From the NCBI GenBank assembly GCA_000388065.2, contig KB932202.1: a stretch of DNA of 23,695 nucleotides; one strand, 5' to 3'. Both the position numbers and the translations under genes were made by a program. Shown piece after piece: positions 1 through 10,808 of the stretch. The stretch comes from Fonticula alba ATCC 38817 (Eukaryota; Protista; Nucleariida). How positions within the stretch are numbered: position 1 is the first letter of the stretch; each line of letters opens with the position of its first letter. A model generated the notes under the pieces. The model worked only from the letters and a program-made list of their open reading frames with translations. It did not search any database and was not told where the DNA came from.

Positions 1-2
1 TC

Positions 3-2543
3 GCCGACGAGCCGTTTGACCAGTTCTACGTGTCCCAGTGCCCGGTGACCGAGTTCTACGACGACTTCGACAAGGTGATGATGACCTACGACGAGAACTT
101 CCTGGCCCGCTGCCCGATCGATGCGCCGCGCGCCCTGAAGACTCGGCGCGAGACCCGCGCCCGTGCCCGGCAGCTGCGTGCCCTGAAGCGCACAGTCCAA
201 AAGACGGTGTCTAGCGCCGGCCAGGTGGTCGGCGCGGTCCAGGGTGCCATCAGCCAGGCCGCCGCCCCGATCATCCAGAGCGGTGCGGAGATCCTCCACA
301 CCTTCCGCGAGGGTGCTGAGGAGGCTGGACGCTGGGCTGCCGACGCTGCTGCCATTCCCCAGGCACGCACGGCGGCCACTCGGCCGGCCAGCTCGTCGGC
401 CGCCGCGGCGGCGAAGACCTCCTCTCCGGCGCACAACACTGATGCGGTACGTAAAGATGATATTCCCACGGCCCTCCATGGCGCCTGCGTGTCACCCCCC
501 CTCCTCTCGGGCGCCGCAACGGGTGCCACAGCCGAAAGTCGGTTGGGGGGAGGCGGCGACACACTGTCGCTGCCGCTCAATCCGATGACAATCGCGAGGG
601 CCGACCAACGGGGGCATCGGACCAGCCGGAAGAGCCGCCCGAGTTACTTGGCCCAATTGGGTCGGCTAGAGCGCGCCCCTGCCGCGGCCTGGTCTCTTGG
701 GCCTGGGAGTGGCTTCCATCATCATCCCAGGCTCCAGGGCTGTGGCGGCGGGAGCGGTGTCACGGCTGGCGCCCTGGCCAATACCACCATCCCCGGTGAT
801 GTGAGCGCCTACTCGCTTATGTCCTACCCCAGGTCCCGTTTGCGGAATGTCCACCGGCGCCCGAGGCTGGCTCAGAGAATGCGCGCCATGGTGTCCATGC
901 AACAGCCGCCTCCCTGCTGGCGGGCCGTTGGCGAGTGGCAGCAGCACCCTGCTCCCGCTCCGGCCTTTGTGCCAACACCCCCTTCGGCCGCTTCCCCGCC
1001 GCCAGCTGTAGAGATGCAGGCATGGGCCCATTTGCCGGAATGGCCGCGGCCACAGCAGCAACAGGTACGCATAGTTTTTTCCGCCTCTCCGGGGGGGGGG
1101 GGTGGGGAAGTCTCCGGGACTTCCTCGTGCTCTCTCTCTCTCTCCCAGCAGCCCGCGCCCCCATGCATTCCCTCCTCGGTGTTATGTCTTTGTCCCATTC
1201 GTCTTTTCCGCGCCGGGTTTCCACAGAGACCACCCTTTTGTGCCGATGCTCACATCCCCTCTCCTTGGGCCTGATCCCGAATTGCTCCTCCTCGCTATTT
1301 ACTTCCCAAGGCCCTCTCACCCTGCTGTTTGATACCGCGCGGATGCCCCCCATGGCCCGCGTCGCCGCACGCGCACACATCCCCGCATCCGGCTCCTCCG
1401 GGCCCCGACAACCCTGCTGCTCTTCTTTTTTCTTTTAATCTCGATTCCTCCTCAACTCGCTCTCTCACCTGGGCATTCGACCCTTCCGGCGGCCGTGTGT
1501 GCCCCTCGAACCACCCCATACTCACACATTCCCCCCTCTCGTCCCATTTGGGCACATCCCCCTGCCCTTTTTTCACCCGCCACCCACCCCGTGCACTCTC
1601 TTGATATGGACCCCTCCAAACGGCGGCTACCTGTGCGGCTTCGAATGCCACCCATCCTGCGGCACGTGCACTTTTACCACCACCGCAGAAGTCCGCCAAG
1701 CGCCCTGGCAAGGGTGGCGGTGCTTACGAGTTCGAGCAGGGCACCCGGAACATTGGTAAGTGGGCCTCCACGGTGCAGTACCAGCAGCCGCCGAGCCTGA
1801 CGGTGGCTGTGGCCACCAGTGCCGACTCGGAGTTCGCTCAGCAGGATTCCCACCAGCAGTCGAGCTCTCGCCGTGCCGCCACCACCAAGGGCGCCACCAC
1901 GACGGCGGCATCTCGCCGCGTCGGTGGCCACATCGACCAGCCGGGCCAGGGGGATATGACGTACGCCCAGATCACTCGCTATGGCGCCGAGCTCTTCCAA
2001 CACCCGCCCCTGAATCATTCGCCGGCGAACCAGCTGAGCGAGGAGCGCCACCTGCTGGATAGCCCCCAAAGTGCCGGCGACCCGCACCGCCAGATGCCCT
2101 GGTGGCAGCGCGACTCGTCGCCACAGGAGGGATCCCCCTACTCGGGTGGTGACGCCCGGCGTCGAGTTGCCAGCCCCCGCCAAAACACGGCCAACAACAC
2201 CAACGGCACCGTCTTTGACATGGACAGCAGCGCCTCCAGCTTTGGAGTGATGCCGCGCACGCCGCTGGACATGGCCAACAACCTGTATGGCGCCATTGAC
2301 AGTGTCGCCAATGGGTATGTTGGTAGCCGCCATCGCCACCACCAGTCCTCCTCCTCCTCCTCCTCCTCGCCTTCACAGCAATCGGGACCTTCCGGTTCTT
2401 CTTCGGGTCGCGGCGGCAGCGGCGGCGGCGGGGCCGGGGCCGGGGCCTTTTCCCATCCCCCGAACGGTAGCAATGGCCCAGCCATCGGTGGTCGTGCCCA
2501 GTCCGGCTTCCACCAGCGCCAGCGCCCGGACCAGCAGTGGTGA
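3..2543 (+). CDS. 5'-truncated spliced gene, unknown protein with a long low-complexity C-terminal tail. Exons <3..1064 and 1689..2543; a possible extra in-frame 81-nt intron at 451..531
   Basis: Open frame from nt 3 with strong C/G third-position bias (ADEPFDQFYVSQCPVTEFYDDFDKVMM...). Phase-0 donor CAG|GTACGC at 1065 is followed by pyrimidine-rich sequence. Phase-0 acceptor CCGCAG| at 1688 joins in frame to the ORF ending at TGA 2541-2543. Confidence 0.62.
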
Positions 2544-3323
2544 TCCTTTTCACCACCACGAGAGTCAGCGCGCGCGCGCAATGCCCCCCACCCCCCCTGT
2601 GCGCGCGCTTCGGTAGCAGATCAAAGGGGGGCGAATTGGGGAAGACGTGGTGAGGCGCCGGGGGTGTCCCACACATGCGCGCGCATGCGCACATGGTGAC
2701 ACGCCTAAGCCCCTCCCTATCCCCCCCCCCCTGGCCCTCCTTCTGCCCGATGATGTAATGTGTGACTCTATGATGAAAGGGACCGCTCTCCCATGGGGGC
2801 CCCCTTTGCGCGGTGGGCCCGCGTGTTGTTGATGCGCGCATTCGCCGCTGTGGGCCCTTTTGCTTGCCCGCCTTTGCTTGCGCATCCCCCCCCCCTCATC
2901 TCGGGGGGCGGGGCTGCCCCCACACACCCCTACTGAAGCATCTGATCATGCCCCTTTACCCTGCTCCTTGCACTTGAGTGGATGAATGGACCTGCTGCCA
3001 TAGTAGCACGCGCGTCCATTTGTGTCTCTCCTTGTGAGGCGAAGGGCCAAGGGGATAAAGAATGCCTCAAGAGAAGGGGGGGGGCTCCCCCTGCCCGCTC
3101 GCTCTGTCGGACAAAAAAGAACACGCATGTCGTGTCTCGATGTGGTGTTTCGGTGGGACCGGGGGGGGGGGGCGGCCAAGGAGAGTGCATCACCACTTTG
3201 GTGGTCGCACGGTGCATCGCGTGTCCCCCTCATACCGATCTCTCGGGGATCTCCCAGGAGATCGGACGGCAGACACACTGCCTTTTGATACGGGCTCGCA
3301 CATGACACTTCCCCTCCGCCCCC

Positions 3324-3361
<38 letters not shown>

Positions 3362-4545
3362 CTTGCATCGCTTTTTCTTTGAGCTTATGCAGAAGGCGTC
3401 ATTGGCGCACACCACCACCTCGCGCGTGAATAAGCAAGGGGCATGTCTACCAACCACAGGCTCAATGCTCGCTTCTTTTTTCCCCCGCGCAACTTGCCTT
3501 TGATTTTTCCTCGCAGCTGGCAATGAATTCCCTTCTTCCATCAAAATGCTCTTTCCAAGTAATTTGTCAGTGTCACATCTCTATCTCTGTTGGGCGGGCG
3601 TGTGGTTTTAGCTCCCCCTCCGCATCTGACTTTTAAGAGGAAAGGCCCCTTCGGAAAGGCCATCCTGGCGCGCATCCCTGGAGCTTGAGACAGCGCGAAT
3701 GTCGAGAGCGAGGGAAGGTCGGAGACTCCTTTTGGGGGTCGGCGGGTCACCTTGAGTCTTGAGAGGGGGGGGGGGCGGAGGCAGGGTGATACATGTAATG
3801 ATAACACCAGAGCCCGGAACGGACTGTGTGTGTGTGTGGTGGAGGGGGGAGGGGTCGCGCGACTACTACGACTATTAATGATTGCTGGGAAAGATAATCA
3901 CATTCCGTGACAATACTAATAGTCCATGCGCTTGTGCGTGGTTGGAGGGGATTCCAAGGTGCCATGGAGAGAAGAAGGGATAGGAAGAGGATGTCCTTCC
4001 CACGCCAAGTGACGAAAGTGTCTTTGGCATCGCCGGAAACCTTCCTCTCCTTGGCTGCTGCATCCTCCTTGTGTGCCCCATCATACATACCACGGGTCAA
4101 AGGGACGCCTCGTTCCCACGACATGTGGTACCTCCGGGTTGGTGTGAGCTCTGGAGAAAAAAAGGCACCCCACTTCCAGGGAAAGAAAAGTGCGAAAGAG
4201 ATAGAGACCGTTTGTGAAATAGGCCGTGAGAGGATGGTGGGATCATCCCCGACTCCTGCACTCGAGGAACCAATGATCGCTAGAGAGAGGGGAGAGAGAG
4301 AGAGAGAGAGAGAAGGAGTCGCACTGCAGCTGGATGCGTGGACCCTAAGGAGGACACGAGGAAGTTGTCCGAACATCATATGAAACATCTTCCTTATCAA
4401 AAGTCGTGGCAGGAAAGATGCAGGACACAGTGGTGGGGCCCGGAGTCCTTGAGTGCGGGCACCGCCACATCCTTTCCTTTCGGCGCATCGGGCTCATGCC
4501 GGGTGTGCCCGCGCTGGAATCCAAACTGCTTGAGGTTGTGGGCTC

Positions 4546-4553
4546 TATAAATA
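4546..4553 (+). promoter_or_regulatory. TATA-box-like element upstream of the small membrane-protein gene
   Basis: TATAAATA in a GC-rich background, about 50 nt upstream of the proposed ATG at 4605. Confidence 0.3.
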
Positions 4554-4604
4554 TCTGCTCCCACCGGGTCTTTTCCCTTGTGGCGAGGAGTAGAACACCG
4601 TGGG

Positions 4605-5108
4605 ATGAAGTACCCACGGAATGACCCTCCATCCCAGCGGGCTGTAAACTCACTCTGGGACTTAACTGCGCTCCGGCCGGCCGCTTGCCGGCCAGCGCTG
4701 ATAGCCACCTGGTACTAACAATGTTGTCTCCCGCCGTGCCGCCTCTCCCGCGCCCCTGGCGACCCTTTCCCGCCCTGCCGCCTGCCCTGCGCGCCGCACC
4801 ACCAACCAAGGGTGGAGTATGTGCAAGAACGGGCGGCCAGCCTGCTGAGCTTCCTTTCTTCCTTCAGCTTCTTCATGGTCAGCCTGTACAGTCACCTTGT
4901 GGCCAGCATCCCGGGGGTGTCAATCCCGGCCATGGCCAGCGGCCGGTCTGAGCGTCTGGCTTACAGCCGGCAGCGAGCCATCTCCGGGTACCAGGCTGTC
5001 CGCCGGTCATCGTGGGCCCTGCTTGGCGTATCGCTCATCCTGTCCATGGTCATCGTGGTGGCCTTCCTCCGCCTAAGCTTCCTCACACTCAAGGTGGCCA
5101 TCTGTTAA
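4605..5108 (+). CDS. Small orphan membrane protein, about 134 aa with 2 hydrophobic helices. Exons 4605..4711 and 4811..5108
   Basis: 4812..5108 has coding-like codon bias and two hydrophobic stretches (SLLSFLSSFSFFMVSLY; WALLGVSLILSMVIVVAFL) but is cut off upstream by an in-frame TAA at 4716. A 99-nt intron 4712..4810 (GT...AAG, C-rich, no internal AG) restores the frame to ATG 4605 (MKYPRNDPP...ALIATW|VEYVQER...). The first exon is less certain. Confidence 0.5.
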
Positions 5109-5349
5109 GGCGGCGGGCTTCGCGGTGCGTCCATGGAAGCGCTGAGGGCGGGGGGGAGGGGAGTAAAAAAAGGGGAGGGAAAACCTGATTGTGGTGGCAC
5201 ACAAGTTGGCCTACAGTGGATGACATGCGAGGAGAGAAGCAGAGCATGCTGAGAACCAATGATGACCGCCTAGCGGGTTCAGGGGTCTCTCACTCCTTCT
5301 TACTCTCTCTCTCTCTCTCTCTCTTGAGATTCTCCCTTACCTGCCCCCC

Positions 5350-5884
5350 NNNNNNNNNNNNNNNNNNNNNNNNNNNNNNNNNNNNNNNNNNNNNNNNNNN
5401 NNNNNNNNNNNNNNNNNNNNNNNNNNNNNNNNNNNNNNNNNNNNNNNNNNNNNNNNNNNNNNNNNNNNNNNNNNNNNNNNNNNNNNNNNNNNNNNNNNNN
5501 NNNNNNNNNNNNNNNNNNNNNNNNNNNNNNNNNNNNNNNNNNNNNNNNNNNNNNNNNNNNNNNNNNNNNNNNNNNNNNNNNNNNNNNNNNNNNNNNNNNN
5601 NNNNNNNNNNNNNNNNNNNNNNNNNNNNNNNNNNNNNNNNNNNNNNNNNNNNNNNNNNNNNNNNNNNNNNNNNNNNNNNNNNNNNNNNNNNNNNNNNNNN
5701 NNNNNNNNNNNNNNNNNNNNNNNNNNNNNNNNNNNNNNNNNNNNNNNNNNNNNNNNNNNNNNNNNNNNNNNNNNNNNNNNNNNNNNNNNNNNNNNNNNNN
5801 NNNNNNNNNNNNNNNNNNNNNNNNNNNNNNNNNNNNNNNNNNNNNNNNNNNNNNNNNNNNNNNNNNNNNNNNNNNNNNNNNNNN
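5350..5884. other. Assembly gap (535 N)
   Basis: Run of N flanked by poly-C and (CA)n. Confidence 0.98.
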
Positions 5885-6879
5885 CACACACACACACACA
5901 CAAACACGCATACACCCATAGCTAACTGCCACAAAGAGGAACGGGAAGGGAAGAGGGGCAAAAGTGGCGCGGATACCAACGACAACGAAACGCAAGTTCC
6001 CTTTCACAGCCGGATATATATTCAACCAGCTCCCCCGCACCGAGGGGGGAAGGACGCCCTGGTCACATTCCTGTGTACACCGCACACACGCACATATACT
6101 GCATGTTCCCCGAGAAATGTCCAGGACACGACAGGGGAACACAACAGTGCGAGGAGGGCGCCACAGGAGATGAAGATGATGACAGGGCGTACACGGCACG
6201 GGGACCGGTTGAGGGGGGAGGGACATCGCGCACAAGCGCACCATACATGGGCACAGGGGGGGGGGGGGCGAGGCGGGGAGAAAGTACCCACGCACGCACA
6301 CGCGCGCGGCAGATGCCCCGGCCATCTCTACGGTGGCTCTGGGACTGGAGAGCACGACAAAGGCGAGCAAAAGCAGCACCAGAGGCCATATCGCGTAGGG
6401 GGCGGCTGGAAAGGGGGAAGGGGGAGAGAGAGAGAGAGAGAGGAGAACACGCATGGTAGATGGGGGTGAAAGTGGACAGGCACATGGACCAGCATCCCGG
6501 CCCGTGATACCCCCCCCCGTGCGAGGCTGGTGTCCGATGGGTTGAGCAAGAGGAAGACACCCGCCTGGCACACGGGAGGGGGGGGGGGCGCTGATGCGCG
6601 TGTGCCATTCGCCGCGGCGACTTCCATCACCAACCAGTGCGTGCAAGCACCCAAAAGCAGGCCCCGCCCCGGACGTCCCTCCGACCCATGTGTACCGGCG
6701 CGTGCGCGATATAGGGCAGACGCACACGCATGCACACTCACACACACACACACACGCGTCGCTCCCAGCGCCATCCCACCGTCAACCCCCCCTCCTCCTA
6801 TGTAGGCGAATAACAGGAGGAGGGGAGGCGGGTGAATGGCGAAGAGAGAGAGAGAGGGGGGGGGCGATGCTGGGCACAT

Positions 6880-9310
6880 TTAGGCCTCAGTGGCGGGGGT
6901 CTCCTCGGCCGGGGCGGCAGCCTCCTTGGCAGCGGTCTCGGCATCCTCCTTCTCCAGGGCCACGGTGGCCTCCTTGACGAAGACAGCGCGGGCGGCCGCG
7001 TCGTCGACGTAGTTCAGGACCTCCGAGGTGGGGTTGTCGTAGATGAGCATACCAACAATGCGGCAGACGTGGTCCTCGGTGATGCCGGCGTTCTCCTCGG
7101 TGATCATCTCGAAGAGCTTCTCGCCGAGCAGCTCCTTCTGCTCAGTCTCGCCGAGGCCGGCAAGCTTGGCCGGCAGAGAGGGCTCGGTGGAGGTGGCGGC
7201 AGTGGTGGCGGCCGGGGCGGCGGCAGCAGCCGGGGTGGTGGCGGCGGCAGTGGCGGCGGTGGCGGCGGCGGCCTGGCCAGCATGCTGGCCACGGTTGCCG
7301 GTGTTCTTGCCACGGGGCTGGTTGCCACCGGCGGCGTTGTTGTTGTTGCGACGGTTGTCACGACCACCACGGGGCTGGGCATGGGCACCACCACGGCGCT
7401 GACCGGCACCGGGGTTGGCAACGGCACCGTTGGCGGGGAAGACGTAGCCAGGCTGGTTGTTGCGGCCGCCGTGGGGGGCGTTGAAGGCCGGGGCATAGGG
7501 GCCGGCATGGGGGACAACACGGCTCTGGTTGAACATGACCACCTGCGGGGGGTAGGCGCCCGGGGCCGGGGGCATCTGCCCAAGAGGGAAGGGAACCGAC
7601 TGGAAGTGCATGGGGATGAAGCCGGGCGGGTGGTGCGCGGCGAACATCGGCGAGTTGACACCCGGCATCATGGTGCTGAGCTGGGAGTCGCGCTCGTTCT
7701 TGGCCTGGTGGTGGGCAACGTAGAAAGTAATGCCATCGACAGTCTTGTCATGGAGGTTCTTGATGGCCTCGGTGGCGGCCTCGGAGTTGTGCATGCAGAC
7801 GTAGCCGAAGCAGCGAGAGGTGCCATCGGGGTTCTTGGGGATGTCGGAAGAAATGATGTCACCGAACTTGGAGAAAACGGCGTTCAGGTCCTCGACGGTG
7901 AAGGTGTCGGGGAAGCCACGAACGTAGAGGTTGCAACGGGCGAACTGGCGCTTGTTCTGGGCCAGGCGAGCATCGCGCACGGTCTTCAGGGCCTGGACAC
8001 GAGTGCTGCGGGACTGGAACTCGCTGACGAAGAGCTTCATGGGCTTGTCGTCGCCATCCTCGGCGGGGAACTCCTTCTTGTTGTGCAGAGCCTCGAGAGC
8101 GCTGTTGGCCATCTCGTAGGTCTCGAAGTTGACGAAGGCAAAGCCACGAGGCTTCTCGGTCTTCTCATCACGAGCAATGCACAGGCTGGTGATGGTACCG
8201 AAGGGGGAGAACAGCTCGACGAGGTCGTCCTCGGTGAAGGTGGAGGGGTAGTGCTTCACGTAGAGGTTGGTGAAACGGCGGGCCGGGCGGTTGGAGCGGG
8301 GGATGTAGTGCTCGATGGTGACCTTGCGCTTGTTGAACTCGGAGTTGTTGTAGTCACGGATGACGATGTCGGCGTCCTCCTGCTTCTCGAAGTGCACGAA
8401 GCCATAGCCGCGGGAGTTGCCATTCTCGTCGGTGGGGACCTTGCAGGAAAGGATCTTGCCGACGTCGGAGAAAAGGGTGACCAGGAGCTTCTCATCGATC
8501 TCGGGGCCAAGGTTGCGGATGAAAAGGTTGCCGACACCGGAGTTGCGGATCGACGGGTCGCGCTGGACCCACATGAGAGAAATCTTGCGGTCGCGGATGC
8601 GGTGGTAGGCAAAGGACTCGATGGCCTTCTGGGCATCCTCGTACTTGTAGAAGTTGATGTAGGCGTGGCCCTTGGAACTGTGGGGGGTGGTGGATGTGGA
8701 GGGGGGGCGGCGGCGGCGGCGGCGGCGGCAGAGGGGCGGCAGGGGTCCCGGATCAGTAGGTGGCCATCATTCGCGGAGGGGGCAGGGGGGGGGGACAAAA
8801 AAGGCAGGTAGGCGGGCGGACGGGGAGAGAGCAGGAGGAGCAGGGAGAGTGAAGCCGGCGGGCAGCATGCACGTACACACGGGTGACCTGGTCACGGACA
8901 ACGAGAATGGAGGCGATGGAGCCAATGTTGCGGAAGACCTCGAAGAGATCAGACTCGTTGGTCTGCGGGTCGAGGTTACCTGAAACCCGGGACCGAGGGA
9001 GAGGAGGAAAGCAGAAGCACCGGAGGGGGGGGGGGGATCGCACGAGCAGGTCAGTCGATGGAGAAGCAGCAAGGGAAAGCATGCGCGTATCGGGGAGGGG
9101 GGGGGAGGGGGATATGTGCCAGGGGGGCAGGGACAAGCCAAGGCGTCCAGCAGACGTACCACAGAAAAGGGAGGCAGACATGGTCATGGCCTGGGCATCG
9201 GCACCCGGAGCATGGGTGATCGGGCCAGCAGCCTGGGCAGCGCCCTGACCGGCGGCAGCCTGGCCGGTGGCAGTGGTGGCGGCGGCGACGGGAGTATCAA
9301 CCTGAGACAT
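6880..9310 (-). CDS. PABP: Cytoplasmic polyadenylate-binding protein (4 RRMs, Pro/Gly/Asn/Gln-rich linker, C-terminal MLLE/PABC domain), 683 aa. Exons 9310..9160, 8979..8877 and 8677..6880
   Basis: The spliced product gives RRM1 (SLFCGNLD...RVSKGHAYINF), MWVQRDPSIRNSGVGNLFIRNL (hallmark RRM1-2 junction), RRM2 SRGYGFVHF, RRM3 FTNLYVK...RGFAFVNF, RRM4 NLYVRG...RCFGYVCM and PABC QKELLGEKLF...GML. Both introns are GTACGT...CAG (180 and 199 nt) with matching phases; total CDS is 2052 nt. Confidence 0.97.
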
Positions 9311-9401
9311 AGTGGCCAACAAGGGAGATCGGGGTTTCCTCGGAAGATAGATGAATACCTTTGATCCAAGAAAACAGGAGGGGAAAGTAAGTGAACTAAG
9401 G

Positions 9402-9444
9402 TTTTTGGTTTTTGAGAACTCTGGGTTTTTTTTGTTTTTGCTTT
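9402..9444 (-). promoter_or_regulatory. A-rich tract in the PABP 5' UTR (candidate autoregulatory PABP-binding element)
   Basis: The minus strand reads AAAGCAAAAACAAAAAAAACCCAGAGTTCTCAAAAACCAAAAA, about 90-135 nt upstream of the ATG, in an otherwise GC-rich region. Confidence 0.65.
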
Positions 9445-9450
9445 GCCGGA

Positions 9451-10074
9451 CTGGGGTAGACGAGGGGGCAGTCGTGGGACAGGCCGGGAGGGGGAGGGAG
9501 AGAGAGAGAGAGAGGGGGGGCGAGGGGAAAGGGGCACATGGCAGGAGGGAGGTCAGTCGCATAAAGATCGATGTGGCGAGTGGTATACTGCAGGGCCGCG
9601 GAAGGAAGAAGGCAGGGGCGGGGAAGAGGAGGGCGACGGTGCGAGATGGGGCCAGAAAGTGTGCGGGCCCGCGGGAGCCGCCCCTTCCCGAGGGCAACAA
9701 CGAGACATCGGGTTGACCCGAAAAACGGGAAGACAGGCATCCAGCGGAGGGGGGGGGGTGATTCCAGCGGCCACTGTCATCGCTGTTTCCGCTGGTCGCC
9801 GCCCGCGCCGGCGATTGTCGGGAACACCGCGGCCGGGCCGCGTGGCGACAGGTGCCAGGGAGACGGAGATACGACACTGCAGCAGCTGGGAGTGCGGCGC
9901 CACACCGGGCACCCCGCCCCCTCCTCGGAGCCAAAGTGAACGAGAGGCTCTCCGCGGGGGAGGAAAAGGGAAGGAAGATGTGGCGGAAAAGGGCGGACAG
10001 AGAGAGAGAGAGAGAGGGAGGGAGAGAGCGAGCGAAGGAGAAGGGGAGGGGGAGATGCCAGGAGAGGCACATAC
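9451..10074 (-). other. Predicted 624-nt intron in the PABP 5' UTR
   Basis: Donor CCCA|GTATGT at 10074, branch-like CTGAC near 9555, (CT)n tract, and acceptor CCCCAG| ending at 9451. Confidence 0.5.
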
Positions 10075-10763
10075 TGGGGCAAAAGAGTCTAAGGTGGTGA
10101 CGAAGGGTCAGCCGGGGGAAGTCTCAGACTTAGAGACGGATGCGGTGGGGCGCCAACTCACGAGAGAGTGGCCGAAAAAGCGGTGCCGGGCAGTGAAGCA
10201 CCGCTACTGTGCAGCAAGTGGAATAGCCCAAGGGGGTGAGAGGAGAAGGCAAGCAGGATGACCCCCGAGGAGAGGTGAGGGGCCGCATCCTCGGCCCCCC
10301 GCTCTTCCGCTTGCTCCCCTCCACACCGGCCGACCCACACAGACACACACGCGCGCCCACACGCGCGGAGAGGGCCCCGGCCACCGCACTGGCACATGGT
10401 CCCCCGTCCTCCGCCAGCCCTCTACCCCCGTCTCGCCCGCCAGGCCGGCCCGGCCCGGCCCTCCCGTCGGACGGGACACACCGAGCAAGGAGTGACGAAG
10501 CCCACGCAACCGGTTTGAGAACGCACGCCCCCACCCGGCAGCAAGGGCCCAAAGGGGGGCCTGGCCCACCGCATGCCCGCTCTTCTCACACACATGCACG
10601 CCCCCCCCCCCTCACCCGGAGGCGCCCATGTACGGAGTGTGAGTGTAAGTGAGTATGTGCGGCCCTACGCGGTACCTGTGGCCGGGAGACACCTGACATC
10701 GCAGGGCGGTGTGCTTGCGCAGGATCGGCCCCCCGCGTCGTGTAACGCGCCACTCCCGGGCCA

Positions 10764-10764
<1 letters not shown>

Positions 10765-10806
<42 letters not shown>
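10765..10806. repeat. Compound microsatellite (CA)5(GA)16
   Basis: Read directly from the sequence. Confidence 0.9.

Positions 10807-10808
<2 letters not shown>

Noticed and set aside
1756-1790. Perfect GTAAGT donor inside the last exon of the first gene
   Set aside because: Nearby AGs (1778, 1784, 1787) give frame-shifting introns and the frame reads through without stops, so it is treated as exonic.
2770-2945. Possible box C/D snoRNA (ATGATGA at 2770; CTGA at 2933 and 2942)
   Set aside because: Spacing of about 165 nt is long, there is no terminal stem, and no rRNA-complementary guide was recognised.
3638-3688. RKGPFGKAILARI resembling a kinase glycine-rich loop
   Set aside because: Lacks the first Gly, hits a stop after 16 codons, and no VAIK/HRD/DFG motifs follow.
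3680-3726. GGGAAGGTCGGAGAC similar to nuclear RNase P RNA CR-I, with a CR-III-like GGAGCTTGAGACAG
   Set aside because: The CR-III-like motif precedes CR-I (wrong order), and no P4 partner or CR-V (TTCCGACT-like) was found downstream. An Infernal search would settle it.
5189-6751. Long ORFs spanning the N gap
   Set aside because: They are artefacts of translating Ns and microsatellites; the region is probably PABP 3' UTR or intergenic.
6832-8811. 659-aa plus-strand ORF
   Set aside because: Antisense shadow of the codon-biased PABP CDS.
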